A stretch of DNA of 64,000 nt from Camelus dromedarius (GCF_036321535.1 NC_087437.1:32428001-32492000), one strand, 5' to 3'. Positions 24,700-39,114 are shown, counted from the first letter of the stretch. The notes: generated from the sequence alone by a model not told the origin. Numbers and translations are program-made.

Positions 24700-25190
24700 C
24701 GTATAAACATTGCAAGAGTAAAAGTAAATCTTTCTTGCTGGTGACAAGATTCTGTATGTGTAAAATTTAGGATACTTCGAGACAAAAAAAAATGAGAATT
24801 AATCAAAGAATTATATACAAAATAAACACACAAAATACATAACAATTTTCTACATGACAATTTTTCTATGCTGGTATTAAATAGCTAAAAATGGATATTG
24901 GGGAACTGTTTAATTCATAATAGGGATGTCTATAAGATAGTAAAAAAAAAAAAAAATCCCTAAGAAATATTGTTCAGGCCATGTGAAGAAAATTATAAAA
25001 TCTTATCAAAGGGCATAAAACAAAGTCTGAACAAAGGGGAAAAGGAGAAGATTCAATATTATAAATTGTCAATCATCCAAGAATTAATATATAACATTAA
25101 AAAAAGTACAATTTGAATCCTATTGGATTTGGGAGGGATGTGGGTTGAATAAAGTTCATATGGAAAAATAAATAACCAAAGAGAGCAAAA
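24700..25190 (+). mobile_element. Ancient L1 (L1M-type) ORF2 fragment
   Basis: Degenerate 'gaagaaaattataaaatcttatcaaagggcataaaacaaagtctgaacaaa..gaagattcaatattataaattgtcaat..aagttcatatggaaaaataaa'. Confidence 0.6.
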
Positions 25191-25240
25191 TAAATAAATA
25201 AATAAATAAAAATATAATAATAAAGTCAGGGGTTTTAGAG

Positions 25241-25453
25241 CAGGGGGTGGTCAACTTTTCCTGTACAGGCCCAGAAAGTAAATATTTCAGGTTTTCTGGA
25301 TGAAGAGGCAAAATTAATAATATTATGTAGGCAATCTGTCTAACAATTTAAAGCAGCATCATTTAAAAATGTAAAAACCATTCTAAGCCGGAGGGCAGTA
25401 CAAAGCAGGGGCTGCCCAGGTTTGGTCCACAGGCCATAATTTGCTGACCCCTG
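25241..25453 (+). mobile_element. hAT-Charlie MITE (MER58C-like)
   Basis: TIRs CAGGGGGTGGTCAAC..TTTGCTGACCCCTG; degenerate 8-bp TSD TTTTAGAG/GTTTAAAG. Confidence 0.85.
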
Positions 25454-28400
25454 GTTTAAAGGGTCAAGTCCTAAGCAATACATGTTCTTTCAATGGAAAC
25501 CCTGGTTGTACTGAAGGCATCATTATTTCTGAAGGAAATGAAATGCTAAAAGAAACCACTGAGTTATGTGTGCTTCGAGGTCTTTTCAGTAACAAAATCT
25601 CCATTATGGAGCAGATGATTCTCTCAGAGCAAAACACTCCAGTGGACTGGACAGCTCACCCATGCCTACAGATGAGTCACAGAGTCAAGGTGTTCTAAGC
25701 CAAGACCCTAGGAGCTACTCAGGACCGGTAGCGCTTTCCATCCTAGCATTGCTCTGGCTCTTCCATTCATTTCACACCTTTCTACCACAAAAGCACCATT
25801 AAATTATTTTTTCCTTTAAAAATAAATAGTAATAAAACTTTCAGGTAAAGAAAAGAAGGGTTCTCCATTCTATTGAATAGACAGAATAGCAGTTGTGCCT
25901 GAAGTTTCCAGGGGTCTAAGATTTCTCTGGTAAAACTCAAGGGAGACAAATACAAACACATCTACTATCAACCCAGTAAGATAAAAGGTACGCTATCACT
26001 GGCAGGTCAGGATGCTGAGATCTCTAAAATGCATTTGCTCCAGTGACCAAATTCAGTCTCTCTAAGTCCATGATGCAAACTTACATCCCTGGTGGAAGGG
26101 AACCCTCTGAAGCTAGGATCTATTTACATTCCTTCACTTGTTTATTCATCCTAAACAATTAAACACCAGAAAGTTTATCACATACTCACCCACCCCATCT
26201 AAATATGGATCAGACTTGCCACATCTTTGTAGCTCTCAGGCACTGAATCCTTCAAACAGCTGTTTGAAAAACAGTTGTTGATTAGAATACCCATTAAGAC
26301 TTAAGTCAGAGAGTAATTCTGGTCCTGGTTTCCCTATTAGAAATAATAGCAAATTATTAACCATTACCTCACAAAACCTTTAGAAGAGAACAGGTCACTT
26401 AATCTGCTCTCATTAGAGAAAGTGAATGATTCTCTCAAATTTGAGAGTTACAAAATCATCTTCAGGTTGGAAAGGACCGCTGGCATCTATGCCAAAACAG
26501 AAACCCCACCTCTTTGTTTTTCAAGGATTCCATAGTTTCAAGCATTTACAGAATCCCTCTTAATTCATGCATTAAGATTTCTTTCCTGGTAAATTTTATT
26601 CATTGGTACTCATGCTTAGCTTCAACTGGATTTCAAGACTGACCTACCTATTGTACTTCTATATCCAAGAGGACTAAAGGTTGGTTCTTGGGGCACAAAG
26701 CCTTGGGAATTGTGAAGGATGGCCTTTACCTGTGGACTAGCACTTGTCCCTAAATGAACAAAAGTCTTTCTTAGTCCTGCCTGAGACTAAATTAGGACCA
26801 ACTGAGATGACTTAGCCAATATGAGTGAAAAGAGAGTGTTTCTCAGAGAAGGGGTGGCCAACTCCCCTGCTGAATGGTAGGAGATGCCCCAGGAATAAGA
26901 TGGAATTTCCATCATCTTCTCTGCAGAGCTTCAAAGGGGCTGGCTTTCTTGGAGTACAGAACAAAAACTGAGTCCTAAAGGGACCCAGACAAATTGACAT
27001 TATGAGAAAGCAACTCTTAGAAAGGCTGTGGCCAACTTACTTGCATGTGGAGTAGCTTGATCCTTCAGACATCCATCTACCCACCTAACCAACCCCTACT
27101 ATCCATCCCTGGATAAAGACACTTTTTTATAGACTTCTCAGAGCCTGCAGCACTATGCTTTGCAGGCACCATCTACTCAGGACTTTCCAATGCTATGGCA
27201 GCCACATGGGCATCTGTGGGTCTGCTGGTCCTCTCTCCGTTGCTGTCTATTCAGGACACCCACAGCACTTTGAGGCATCCCTAGCTTGCAGCATGGTAAG
27301 TCTCATAGCTCCCTTCCTGATCTGGTGATGATTACCATTCTTCTAACAACACCTGCTGCAGGACATCCTGGTGGCCCATCAGGTGAACTAAAGACTCCCT
27401 CAGGAGCTGCAGTGGTTACCAAGGGTGCTACTAAATGCCAGATGATGGGATAAAGTTATAAGGATGCAAGAGGTGCCTCCTCCATCTGCAAATAATGAAA
27501 ATGTTTAAAAACTCACTTTATTAGCTGATGGAATATAGCAAAAATAAAATGGGATTGCTATTTAATATACGTTAAGTTGCTACCACTGTGACCTGGCTGG
27601 TCTTAAGGTATGACAGCAGTAGTCTTAGTTACTGCTGCACTTCCCCAGTTTCTACTAACCCAGCTGAGTCACAGCCTTCAATATCAGGCACTGAATTAGA
27701 CTCTGGGGGCACAGAAGAAGCTAAGCCATGGTCTTACTCCTAAGGAGTTCTCAGACTGGGGACAGCAAAGGATGATTACAATACAACATGATAGAGGAAC
27801 ATCTGGATCATAGCAGGCAAGCAAGTTCATTGTGATACTGCTTTGCATGGTGCATGCTTTAAATGAAGTCAAGCTTCACTTGACTAAGGCCTCCTGAGCC
27901 TTCAGTTCTCATTTTGACAGTAGTTTCCTCTAGGACTCCTTCCCCAATTAGCAAGAGACCTAACAAGACTGATGCTCTTGAGTGACAAGTAATGGATCAC
28001 CCTGTTGTTCATCATTGCCCTCTACCCTGGGGCTCAGCTCAGTGCCTGACACTGCTTAATCACTCTTCTTAATCAGGAAAAGGCTCCATGGAAGAGGAAG
28101 CATTTGAACCAAAGTCTTGAAAAATGAGGTAGAAACAGCCAAGAGGAGGAGAAAGTACGTACAAGAAAGAATCAGTATACATGCTCAAGGCATGCAAAGG
28201 ATGCAAAGGTCTGGCAGCCTCCTACCATGGTAGGCTCACGTGCAGGGATGGGCAGAGAAAAAACAATAGGAGATCAGGCAAAGATTTCAGTTGGAATCAG
28301 CATATAAAGAGCTTTGTATGCCAGGATGTTATCCTGAAGGCCGCAGGAAATCAGCCGCAGGCCACTGATTTCTGTAAATAAGACATAACAAAGTTAGCCT

Positions 28401-30179
28401 GTTTTATTTTTTTCCAAACTATAACCAACAGCAGTGTGGAAAGTGAACTGAAGGCCGCCTGGGCCCAGGCGGAGCACTCCCAACGCCTTCTCCCCGTGCT
28501 TTAAACTCAACCCTTGCTCTCTTTTTAATACTTCCCCAATGAATATTTTACATTTTTCTGGCAAATTTGCTATTATTTTACAGTCTAATGAGTTTTCATG
28601 TCATAACCTCCCTCTGAGATCCTGGATGCATTGCTCTGCCTATATTCTTTCCATCTCATAGAATGAAGATTCTAACCAAGGAATGGGACCAGGATGCTGC
28701 CTCTTTGTTGGTGGGGGTTTCTCTCATCCTTCGTATGACAAAACCTTGTGACGCCTCCACGGTGTCAGTCAGTGCAGCGGAATAGAGGCAAGCATGCTTC
28801 CACCAGCCTGAGTACAGCTACCTGGTCAAATCCTGATGCCTGTGCACGGCAATGCCAGGCCTGCATGTTTCCCACAGAACTGAAGACAGCTCTGCCACAG
28901 AAGTTATTCCAGCTCTAACAGCGTCACTGTGGGTGAGCTAGCCTCCTGCCATCCGCAGGGCTCCTCAGAGTTTGGGAGGTCGTTGTGTTGGGGGAGGGGG
29001 TCTGCTCCAGCGTATTCAATATAAACAGCCAATCCTCTTACATCAACACCTTCCTCAAATCCTTCCTGTGAGGAGTCTGCAACCTCTGCCTGCTGTTCTG
29101 TCTGAGTGCGTGCTTTGGAGAAGAACAGTGACAACATCCCTTTGAAAGAGAAACCAGAAAGAGAGAGTCCCGAACAGCAAGGAAAAAGAGAAGGGTGAGC
29201 TGGCCAAGATTTTAAAAGAGCCACATCTCCATAGGCTTCAAGATAAAAACCATTTCCCCTAATAAAGGGATTATCCTGGAGTATTTATGTATGGATTTAT
29301 GGTTAAAAGACAGGCAACTTCCTTCTACTCAGTAGGAAATAAACACACAGTTCCTCTCTGCAAACAAACAGAAAGGTGCATAACAAACTTTAAAGCAGAG
29401 CAGAGCAGACTGCAGTGTGAGCACCCCAGCCCTCAGCCCCACCGCTGCCCTCTAGTGCAGCCCGTTCCCCTTCTTCCTGCTGCCCCTGGCAACCCACCTC
29501 TCCTTCAGCCCTGCAGATCTACCCTTAACCTCTGTGAGCTTTACCTGCTTTAGCCCTTTGGAACCCAAGCTTTCCACCTGTCCTCTCATTATAAAAAAAA
29601 AAGAAGAAGAAGAAGAATCATCATCATCTGTGTCCTCCTTGTTTTGTTGAGAAAACTCTTAGCTTCAGTACCTTAAAAATAAGAGAATGGGTATCCAGGA
29701 ATGATACACAGCCCATTGGAACTAAAAGAATTTTTGTGGCAGCCTTAATCCAAATCAACTGGGGACAGGCAATATAAACATATTTTTCAGCCCCTTAGTA
29801 ATAAAAAAAAAAATCTAGCAATGCTTTGAATGCTTACAGGGCATACAACATAGGCAATTCTGGTTCTTTTTTTTCTTCTTCTTTTTTTCAGCTTTATTTG
29901 TTCTTTTTTGTACTAATGAAAATCAGGCACTGGAAGTAATGCTGCTTTGTGTTTATAATAAAACCTCATTAATTCAAATGCAACTAATTTATAACTTGTG
30001 ATAATTTTACCACAACAGAGCTGAATTTGCCAATGTGCAATATGTGATTTTGCTAAGTAAATTAATAGTTTAAATCAAATTTTAGAAAGACTATTTAACT
30101 TCCCCAAACAAATTATCCTTAAGGACATTAGTAGGTATTTGCATACAGAAAAAGGAACATTAAGACTCATTTGTGGTTA

Positions 30180-30518
30180 CAGCTCCACAGTCCTTTTCTC
30201 TTATCTAAAAAACCCTTGAATACAGATGGGTTTCAGAATTTAGAATTTTTGAAGTTTTAGGAAGTTAATAAAGTGTGTATATCATGTATTATATCCCATC
30301 CTGAGTAGAATCTAAGGCATCAATCTGGTAATCAAAATGAATGAATATTTACACTAGGTTAGACAAAGGCTTTCCATAGCTTTACATAACTTCAGGTCAG
30401 CTTGTTCTATCAAATCAGTTCAGATTGGGTTAGATTTGCCAAAACTAAATTATGGAAATAACTCCCACTTTCCAGAGCTCTGGAGTATCTGGATTGCGGA
30501 TAAGGGCCCAAGGACCTG
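30180..30518 (+). mobile_element. Tigger-family MITE (MER46C-like)
   Basis: TA then CAGCTCCACAGTCC..TTATCTAAAA; ends GGATTGCGGATAAGGG..GGACCTG; internal 'tttcagaatttagaattttt'. Confidence 0.78.
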
Positions 30519-32499
30519 TGCTGAATTATCCCTCCATGAAAGAAGCAGCCCCTGGTTAATAAATCTGGGGTCCTTGCTCAAAGGACAACTTTGAGAATGA
30601 TAACACTGCTGATTCAATAACTGAAGGTTTCCAACTCATGACCAGGTTTCCCATCAGATGGACCAAGTCAGTGGTCACTTAGCCTGCATATAACTTCTTG
30701 GATCTAAAGAAACCTCCTTTGTGATCCTCCAAATTAGAACAGGACTTAAGCATTGCATTGAGGAATCTGACTGCCTCCAGAGATGACCACAGCTATGCTG
30801 AAAAATCCCAGTGCCCAAAATAGACCTCACATTCCACAAACATTTGTCACAAGTGGATAACCCCAAACGTCTTCATTCTTCCAATCTTGGGCTACCGGTT
30901 CTTGAAGAACAGCTGTGGATTTCAGTCTATACACATGCCTGATCAAATCTTTATAAACTGCAATGAACAATCAGATGAAAGTCAAAGTCAACCATCCAAC
31001 ATTCCCTTGAAAAGATTTTTTTAAAGAGGTGAATCGAATAGTCATTAGAACTTAGCTTCAGGAGAAAAGTCACTCTTGATCCGATGATGAAAAGTTGGTG
31101 GGAATTCACACCACACACCATTTAGTATGAACTGAAGGCCTCTTGAAGTCTTTTGTTTACACTGTTCTACCTATTGGTTTATCTATCCAACAAACTTTCC
31201 AGAGCTGAAAAGAATTAAGCTAAATATAAAGTTATGACAAAGTGCCATTGTTTCTCTTGAACAATTTCCTACTAATTCTCTGAAAGAGAGGCTTGTAGAA
31301 ATTATTTGGTGTGTGTTGTTTATCTGTTTATCCATTCCTTTTGGGTTTCTAATTTTATATTCTGAACTTGCCAGTAAGACAGCATTTCGTGTGAATTTTT
31401 AATCTGTTTTTTTTTTAAATTGTGCAGAGATTTTTCAATAACCTGTTCTTAGTAAGTGAGTTTCTCCCTTTCAGGTAGGTCTTTGTCAAATATCATTCTC
31501 TTAAAAGTCTTTGGAAAATATTTACTTTATTACTTTTCTCTTCCCTGGCAATACAGTGTAACCTTAAAATAATTTGTTTAATGTCAGTTTTTAAAGGATC
31601 AGAGATTGCACTAGAAATTTTCATAAAGCCAGGAATTAGAGACTATTTTTCCCTTATTGTCAATGTGTATGTATCAGCCCTAATTCACCAGTGGAACTGG
31701 AGGTCATTATTTCTGAATTTGCACATTAAAAATAACATCTTCCCATAAGGGAATATCTTTAAACCACAAATGCCAGAAATAACAATTGTATTAAACTGCA
31801 TTTCATGAATACATAATAAAGTTCAATTTACCACTATTTATCATGTTACTTAAATTAAATCTATAATGGAAAAGAGATTTAGTTCTGTTTTGAAAATAAC
31901 AAATTCCTTTATGCCAATTGCACAGGATTTATATTAGCCCCAATGCATCCATGTCAATTTATTTGTTTTTTGCTTAATTAATATTGTATTCTATTGTTGG
32001 GATCCTAGGGGACAATTCACATTCTTTCATGTACGTTTTTAAAGATTAAAGAGACACATACACATATAATACATTAAAATTTACTATAATTCAGCTGTAT
32101 TTATTTATAAAATCTGAGGCTTTTAAAAAATGGCATTGTAACTCATACATACATTCTCACCCCCTCATAAAACCTCCAACTTATATTTGTATACTTCACT
32201 GGGGCTTTGACAGTTGCCTGGAGTTGCTAGAAAAAGTCACTGCGAATGCAGACAGCAGTATTTTCAGAGCTAATATTTGTATGGTACCACACACATTCAT
32301 ACATGGAGAACTGAAGAAATCCACCAACAAATTCAAGATAAGCACACACCCACTTTCAGCTACCTGCACATCTTGGCAGAGGAAGAAGACAAGTGCTGAA
32401 AGGCCTTGAATTATTGTGTTATTAGGTATTTTTGAAGAAGAAAGAATTTACTGTTAATCCTATATTGAATTCATTAATATTCTTTATATGAGCTTATCC

Positions 32500-33330
32500 A
32501 ATAGTTTCAACTGTGTCTCCATCTTAGTAAATGGTTCCATGATCTACCCAACCACCCAGACCAGAAATCTTGGGACTTCTAGTCCCTCTCCTGCAATCAG
32601 TTGGTCACCAAGACAAGACCTATCTATGCATTCTATTCTATGACATCTCTCCAACCAATCTTCTCCCCCACCTCCCCGTATTCTGCAGTGGCCTAGGTAC
32701 CAGCTCTCACAGTCTCTCTCCTGGGCTGGTGCGTTGGTCTCCTAACTGATTTCCTAAAAGCTGCCTCCCTTCTCTTATAGAAAAAAATGCAAAATCATAG
32801 CACTACTCCCTTACTTAAACTCCATCACCAACTAGACAAACTACAGACTGTTACCATGGCTTACCAAGTCCTCCATGATCTTGCTCCTGCCTTTGTCTCC
32901 AGCTTTATCTCTCACCAAATTCTCCTCAGAATGACTCCACAGCCTTATCGATCTGTGAGCCACTGGCCCTGGCACAGCCCTTACCAAATGTTCTCCTTCT
33001 GGGTGCCCACACCATGCATTTGTCAGGGTTCAGCTCAAGTCTGACGCTTCCCCAAATCTTTCCCACTTCCCCTTATCTTTCCCACTTCCCCTCTTGCTTC
33101 ACATGTAACAACTGAGCCCTCTTCATTACACTCTCACTCCCCTCTTCATTACATTCTCCTAACCTAGTATCTGACCATTTTTATCACACTCATTTGCTTA
33201 CATGTCTTTTCCTTCTTGTGTGGAAATCTTTGCAGACAGAGGCTGTGACTTATTTATCATTGCATCCCTACACCTAGCACAGTTTATGGCATATAGTAAA
33301 TGTCTAATCAATAGTTATTTAACAAATTCA
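32500..33330 (+). mobile_element. LINE-2 3' region
   Basis: 'ccagaaatcttggga', 'ctcctaactgatttcct', 'ttaccatggcttaccaagtcctccatgatcttgctcctgcc', ending 'cctagcacagtttatggcatatagtaaatgtctaatcaatagttatt'. Confidence 0.7.
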
Positions 33331-36059
33331 GGAGAACCTGGCCTGCATGTTTATTCATAACTCCTCCAGCTAAGAGAGGAATCTTTTCTGGTAGAAACAG
33401 GATAACTGTTATGAAATATTCTCTAGCACCCCTAAAGCATGTTTCCTAATAAACATTCTATCTAAAACCCCAAGCCAAATGCATTTTCTCTGGTGGTATA
33501 TAATGACCACTTTTTACTGTGGCATTATCTTGAAAATGTACAGTTGCTACTTAGTGCTTATCACGTGGCAGGTTTATCACCAGAGCAGGACTCAAAAAAT
33601 TCTTGAAGAAACAGCTTCCCAGCAGCTAATGTCTCCAAAGTCTCCTTTAAATCCCGAGTGAGGCTAGCTGACTCAGCAGTTCCAGTAACACTCTCTTCCC
33701 CAAATGAACCCTGCAACAAACCATCACTGCTACTGACAGGCATCTGAAACTCAGGACTGCTTTGCCCAGAGAGGATGCAATGGTTTACCTGACGGCAGGG
33801 GAAGCTTTCCCTCCAAGAACAGCCATGTGAGGCATCAGGAGTCCCCTTAACAGGTTAGGAAATGAGGTACAAAGCACAAAGAAAACTGACCCAGTTTCTG
33901 CCATGATCACATTGAGATGGAGAAAGTAAGCTTAGAACACTGTCTCCAATATTTTCTGAATCCAAATTCAAATTTCCTATTATACACATAGAAGTATTCA
34001 TTGGGAGATAATTAAGCCAAATACTTTGATCAGGAAATATGGACGACCATGATACAGAGAATTTAGGATTAAATAACACTAAAATGTCCTTGGAAAGACA
34101 CAATTCTTACATGCCTGGGGGGGAAGGGTGGGGGGAGAGTAAGGAAAGATAATAGTAGAGAAACCATATTCAGATTAGACTGTACTCTGAAACAAACAGA
34201 AAAGAAAAATCCTAAATCAAGTTATTTTCCATCTCAGAACCCACATTTCACCAAAATGTAAAGAAAGAAATTACTGCATGTTATATATTTGGTCAGATCA
34301 GTTTTAAAATCGTTGTAACTAAATTAGACTTTTCTCCTAAATGAATCAAACAGAAAACCAGCAAAAATTTCTTGAGCACAGAAAAACCTATTCAAATCTG
34401 CAAAATATAATCTAAAAGAGAAAACACTGATACAAATTATCTTCTTATAGTTCATAATATTTGCATGAATTTGCATAAAGAAGGTTGGATACAGTAGCTG
34501 TAAATGCTACCCAATTTATACGAAGCAAATGGATCTTTTTCCTTGAAATAAATACTCACTCAGCAGGCTACTTTCTCACCTCAAGGATGAAACTCAATGG
34601 CAGGTTTCAAGATAGCTTTGACATGAACTTGTGTATCAGAAAAGCAGAGAAATACCATTATAATCATGTTTAATCCTTTAAAGCTGTGATTGAGAAGTGG
34701 CATTTGGACAGGATTTAAACTTGGCTTTGGCCAGGAAAAAGATTAAACCAACTCCAGTTCTCTCCTAGCCTTATTTTTTTTCTCATTAGTTAGATGTCAC
34801 ATAGGAAATGAAATTATTATAAACATATTTAACTTGTTTAAATAACTTTAAAAACATAACTTACAATCAGTGGGTTTCAAAATTCAATAAATCCCCTCAC
34901 TTATTAGTTACAGAATATAGTTGCCTTTAACCTAATAAACTTAAAAACATGTCTTTAAGGAATACTCTTTCTTGGCAAGAATTAAATTGGCTTGGCTAAT
35001 TTACATTGTTTTAAATTTAGAGAGAACTGTGTATTGACTCATGATTACAATACATAAACCATTTCCATGAAATGGTCTGAATTAACCTCCATGCTATTTA
35101 TATAAACAGCACATATCACTAGATGCATTGCAGTGTACTAGATGGGAATTTTTTTTCAATCAGCAAATTAAGCTTGTAATTTAATCCTCAGCTAACTATG
35201 AGAATAAGGGAAGTTTAGTATTTTGTTACGTTCTAAATGACAGCAGCTCATTGTTTCTGTATGTTTTGACATACCAAAAGTAGTTGTTAGTGTCTAAAGT
35301 TAATGCAAAATCATATAGTATTTGAGTGTGTATTTATAAAACTTATGTAATAAAAGAAAACACAGCTAAACTATAGATGAAGTGATGACTGCTAAGTTAG
35401 TTAATAGATATGTGTAATGAATGAGTTGGACCCTAAAACTTCTTGAGCTTATTAATTAGAAGGGTATCCAATGATAACATTTACCCTAAAGACCATTATG
35501 GAGATAGAACTATTATAAAATTTTCACAGTCAGTTAGGGACCATATCCTTACACTGTTAGTAACCACTGCTATCTAATCATGAAGAATCTACATTAACTC
35601 AAAATAGGATAAAAAATATTCAGGATTAAATTTGTTAATAAAATCTGACAACCACAAAAGATTTGAAGAACAATAGGTATGTGAAAATGGGCAGGTAAAA
35701 CAGTGAAAGGATCAAGGATTACAACTTCTAAAAAAAGGTACATTATTTTTAAACCACTGGTAATAATGTGACAATTTGATTTTAAAATCTCTTTATATTC
35801 CCAAAAAAAATCAAAGAGAGATTTTTAATGGAATGTTTTCTTGTCCATATTGTTTTTCATATTACGATTTAAAATGGAGTTTTTAATATCTAAGTTATTG
35901 GTTATTCATATATTCTTCACCCTGAATCTCCCCATCTACTGCAGATAAGTTTAGCAAAAGTATTATTTTTAATCACTGTTATGTCAGTAGAACAGAAGCA
36001 CGATACCTGATACCATACCTGGTCCACAGGATTCCAAAAATAACTGGATCAAAATAAAG

Positions 36060-36440
36060 CATTTGATTTTACTCCCAAACTTTCATGTCTCTCCAGCCAC
36101 AGAGCATTTTTGTTTCCTCCAGTAGACCATGCTTATTCCCATTTCAAGGCATTTGCTTGAATATGATGTGCTCTCTGTTTAAGCTCATCAATCCCCGAGT
36201 CTTCACATGGCTGGCTCCTTTTCTCCTCAATCACTCTATCTGAAGTAGTGCCCAGTCCACTTGTTCCATCACTCACTGTCACATAACCATTTTTTCTGGT
36301 CTTCATTGCACCACTTCCCCCTGTAGAATGTCAGAGTGGAGAGGAGACTAACCTAACCTGCCTTATTCATGACTGAACCAGAGCTGGACATTGCCTAAGA
36401 CCGAGTAGGTGCTCAATAAGCACTTGCCAAATGAATCATT
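36060..36440 (+). mobile_element. LINE-2 3' fragment
   Basis: 'cttcacatggctggctcctt..agtaggtgctcaataagcacttgccaaatgaat'. Confidence 0.65.
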
Positions 36441-36929
36441 TCTATAGAATTTTATAACTCACCACTCTAGGTGTTGTTTAGTTAAGATCAGATCCTAATA
36501 CTTTAGAAGTAGAAATGTCAGAAAAGAAGCAGGATAGCTCATATCATTAGTCAGGATCTTGGGTCTTGTCTGATTGCATCCATCCAGAGGATCGAATTAG
36601 CTGTTAGTTTAGGTAATATACCAGCTTTTTTGGAGATTTGTGCTTCTATTTTCTAATTCTTTTCTCACAAGAACAAAAACTATTCTTGTTTTGCTGAGGA
36701 AGTTCAAGGGAATTAGAAAGAATGTAAAATAGCATATCAGGATATCTCTATGGCTTCACTTTTCATTGCAAACAAAAATGAAAATAACTACATAGCTATT
36801 CAAAAGAAAATGTAATCTACAATTTTATTAAATAAGTAATTGAAATCAAATCTAAACAAAATAACTTTAACAAATAAAGAAGGATATTTTATGTACTTAC
36901 ACTTTCAAAAAACATTGACCTAAGATAGG

Positions 36930-37185
36930 AATGATAATAGCCAACATTTATTAAGCTTTTCTCTGCACCAGTACTCTTATATGCACATTCCCTGTTTTAA
37001 ATCATTTAGTCATTGAAAAACTCTATATAATAGGCACTATTACTGTCCTCAGTTGACAGATAAAAAAAGTGAAGCACAAAGAGTTTATGGAACTTGCTCA
37101 ATGTCACACAGTTAATAAGTGTGACCAGAATTCCAATCTATGGATCCAAACTTTACAGTTTGCACTCTTACTGTTCTACAATACA
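36930..37185 (-). mobile_element. MIR SINE
   Basis: 'aatagccaacatttattaagc..taggcactattactgtcctcagttgacagataaaaaaagtgaagcacaaagagttt..cttgctcaatgtcacacag'. Confidence 0.75.
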
Positions 37186-39114
37186 GCTCCATTGGCTAGA
37201 GTTATCACATGAGTAGAGATAACATATATAAAATTCCTATCACAAAGTCTGAACTATTACAGGTACTTGATTCTGTCCTTAGCAACATTTTATTTCTACA
37301 TTATCTGAAAAAAGGCAATTCAGAGGACACTGGCCTCTACCAGGGGACAGGCCTCAGATCCTTGATCCTGAGTTTGTTAGGAAGAATTTATCAGAGCTGA
37401 AGCCAGGCTGTCAGCCTGGAGTCACGAACTCAGAAGTAAGTAAAGATTTAGGAAGCAACTGAAGCAGCAAACAGGAAGTCAAGTAAGGAATGTAAGAGAT
37501 AAGAATCACCTTGTCAAGTCAACATCAAGTACACTGTAAGCCTGATAGATAAAGTCAAGGTCAGGAACAAGAGAAAGCAGGACGTGGATGATAAAGGAAG
37601 CTGTTGAACCCAATAGTATTAAGAGGGCAGAACAGGACCAGACAAAAGTGGAAGAAATGTGGGCCTTTATATTTAGTTGATTGGGTGGGGGAATTTCCTC
37701 CCACACCACACTCTGACTCATACACTAACCCCATGTTCCCAGAACCCTCCGCAACCCCACAGGTCCTGACAACTCCATCTCATAGTGGAAGAAACTGATT
37801 TGTGTACCTACCTAAACAATGTCGGTAACTTTTCAGAGAACCTATCTATAATCAATGATAGAAATGAAATTTACACTTCAGTGCTTTTCCAACAAAAATC
37901 TAAGATGACTGAGAGCTATCCCAACACTGGGAACAATCACATCATCTATGATTTTGCTTCATAGTTTCCTTTCTTATTGAAGGATAAACCTTAAGAAAAA
38001 GAATGAAGGAGGAAAAAGCCAAGAATAGGATAGACAGTATCAGTCCCAACCCAATCTTGTTGATCAATGGCTGAGGGTGACATTTTCCTCTCATCAGCAA
38101 CATCTGGCTATATATGGCTGGTCCCAAGGAGAGACAATGACTTTAATCAAAGCTTTCAGAGAGCCAGGAACATGCCCTTAAGCTTCCAGGTATATTTTTA
38201 GTAAGGAGTCAGAAGCAGGATTCACAAAATACATCTTCATTAAATACAATCTAAAATTATGTCAGAAGCATAAACATATATATGATTTTAATATAAAAAA
38301 CGGTTTTCACCTAAAGATCACTATTTTGAATATTGTCAGAATGCATTTCCCTGGGTGAACAATTAAAAGAAGATTTGTTGGAAGTAACAATTCTTTTGAT
38401 TCACTTCTTCCATCCCATTGTGTATAAAGTTTCTGTGAAACTGAGAAAGAACAAGGAATCATTTCTGAGTTAGACCTTAGAAGAAGGAAAAAGGCATGGA
38501 AAGCTCTTTTTTTTAAACTGGGGGGTTATTTCTCAGAAATGACCACAAAGGGAATCAAAGATGTCACTGAAGTAATATGTCAGATTTCTGAGCAACAGAG
38601 GGATTTTCTGAATTGTGAACCTAATTTTATATTTTCCCTTAACTTCTTCTGGAATAAGCTTCCAATTTAGAGTCCCATCTGTAAAGTAATAGAAATTATC
38701 TACTTATAAGCACCAAGTGAAGGGAATTTCCTGGTATGGCAATCTGGTACCTCATTATCTGGTGAAAAATGTCTACATATTCAGGATTATGAATGTCACT
38801 AATACATCTAAAATCAGCACATGTCAGTCATCAATATTCATATTGCTCAAACAAAATAGCTCATACTGTAGCTGTTCATAAATCTGGCAGAAATGGGGGC
38901 AGGGGAAGAAAAGGGAGAAGTGAAGAGATAAAGAAAGAAAGAGCTCAGGGATATATTGAACACAAGAGGGGTCTCCATTCATTCAGTCTAACATCTGCTC
39001 AGCCTGAAGTGGAACCACCTGTTAGTTTATTAAATTGTAGAATTAATTTATGTGGAAATAAGAGAGGAGGGGGAAAGGAGGCTTTAATTCATACCAAAGG
39101 GGGAGGGAGAAATA

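Noticed and set aside
26251..26268. Perfect 18-bp palindrome TTCAAACAGCTGTTTGAA around an E-box
   Set aside because: Roughly one such palindrome is plausible by chance in 64 kb of AT-rich DNA; nothing else supports function.
36893..36930. Possible 19-nt minus-strand micro-exon (TTAG|..|GTAAGT)
   Set aside because: The acceptor side abuts a MIR end and lacks a real pyrimidine tract.
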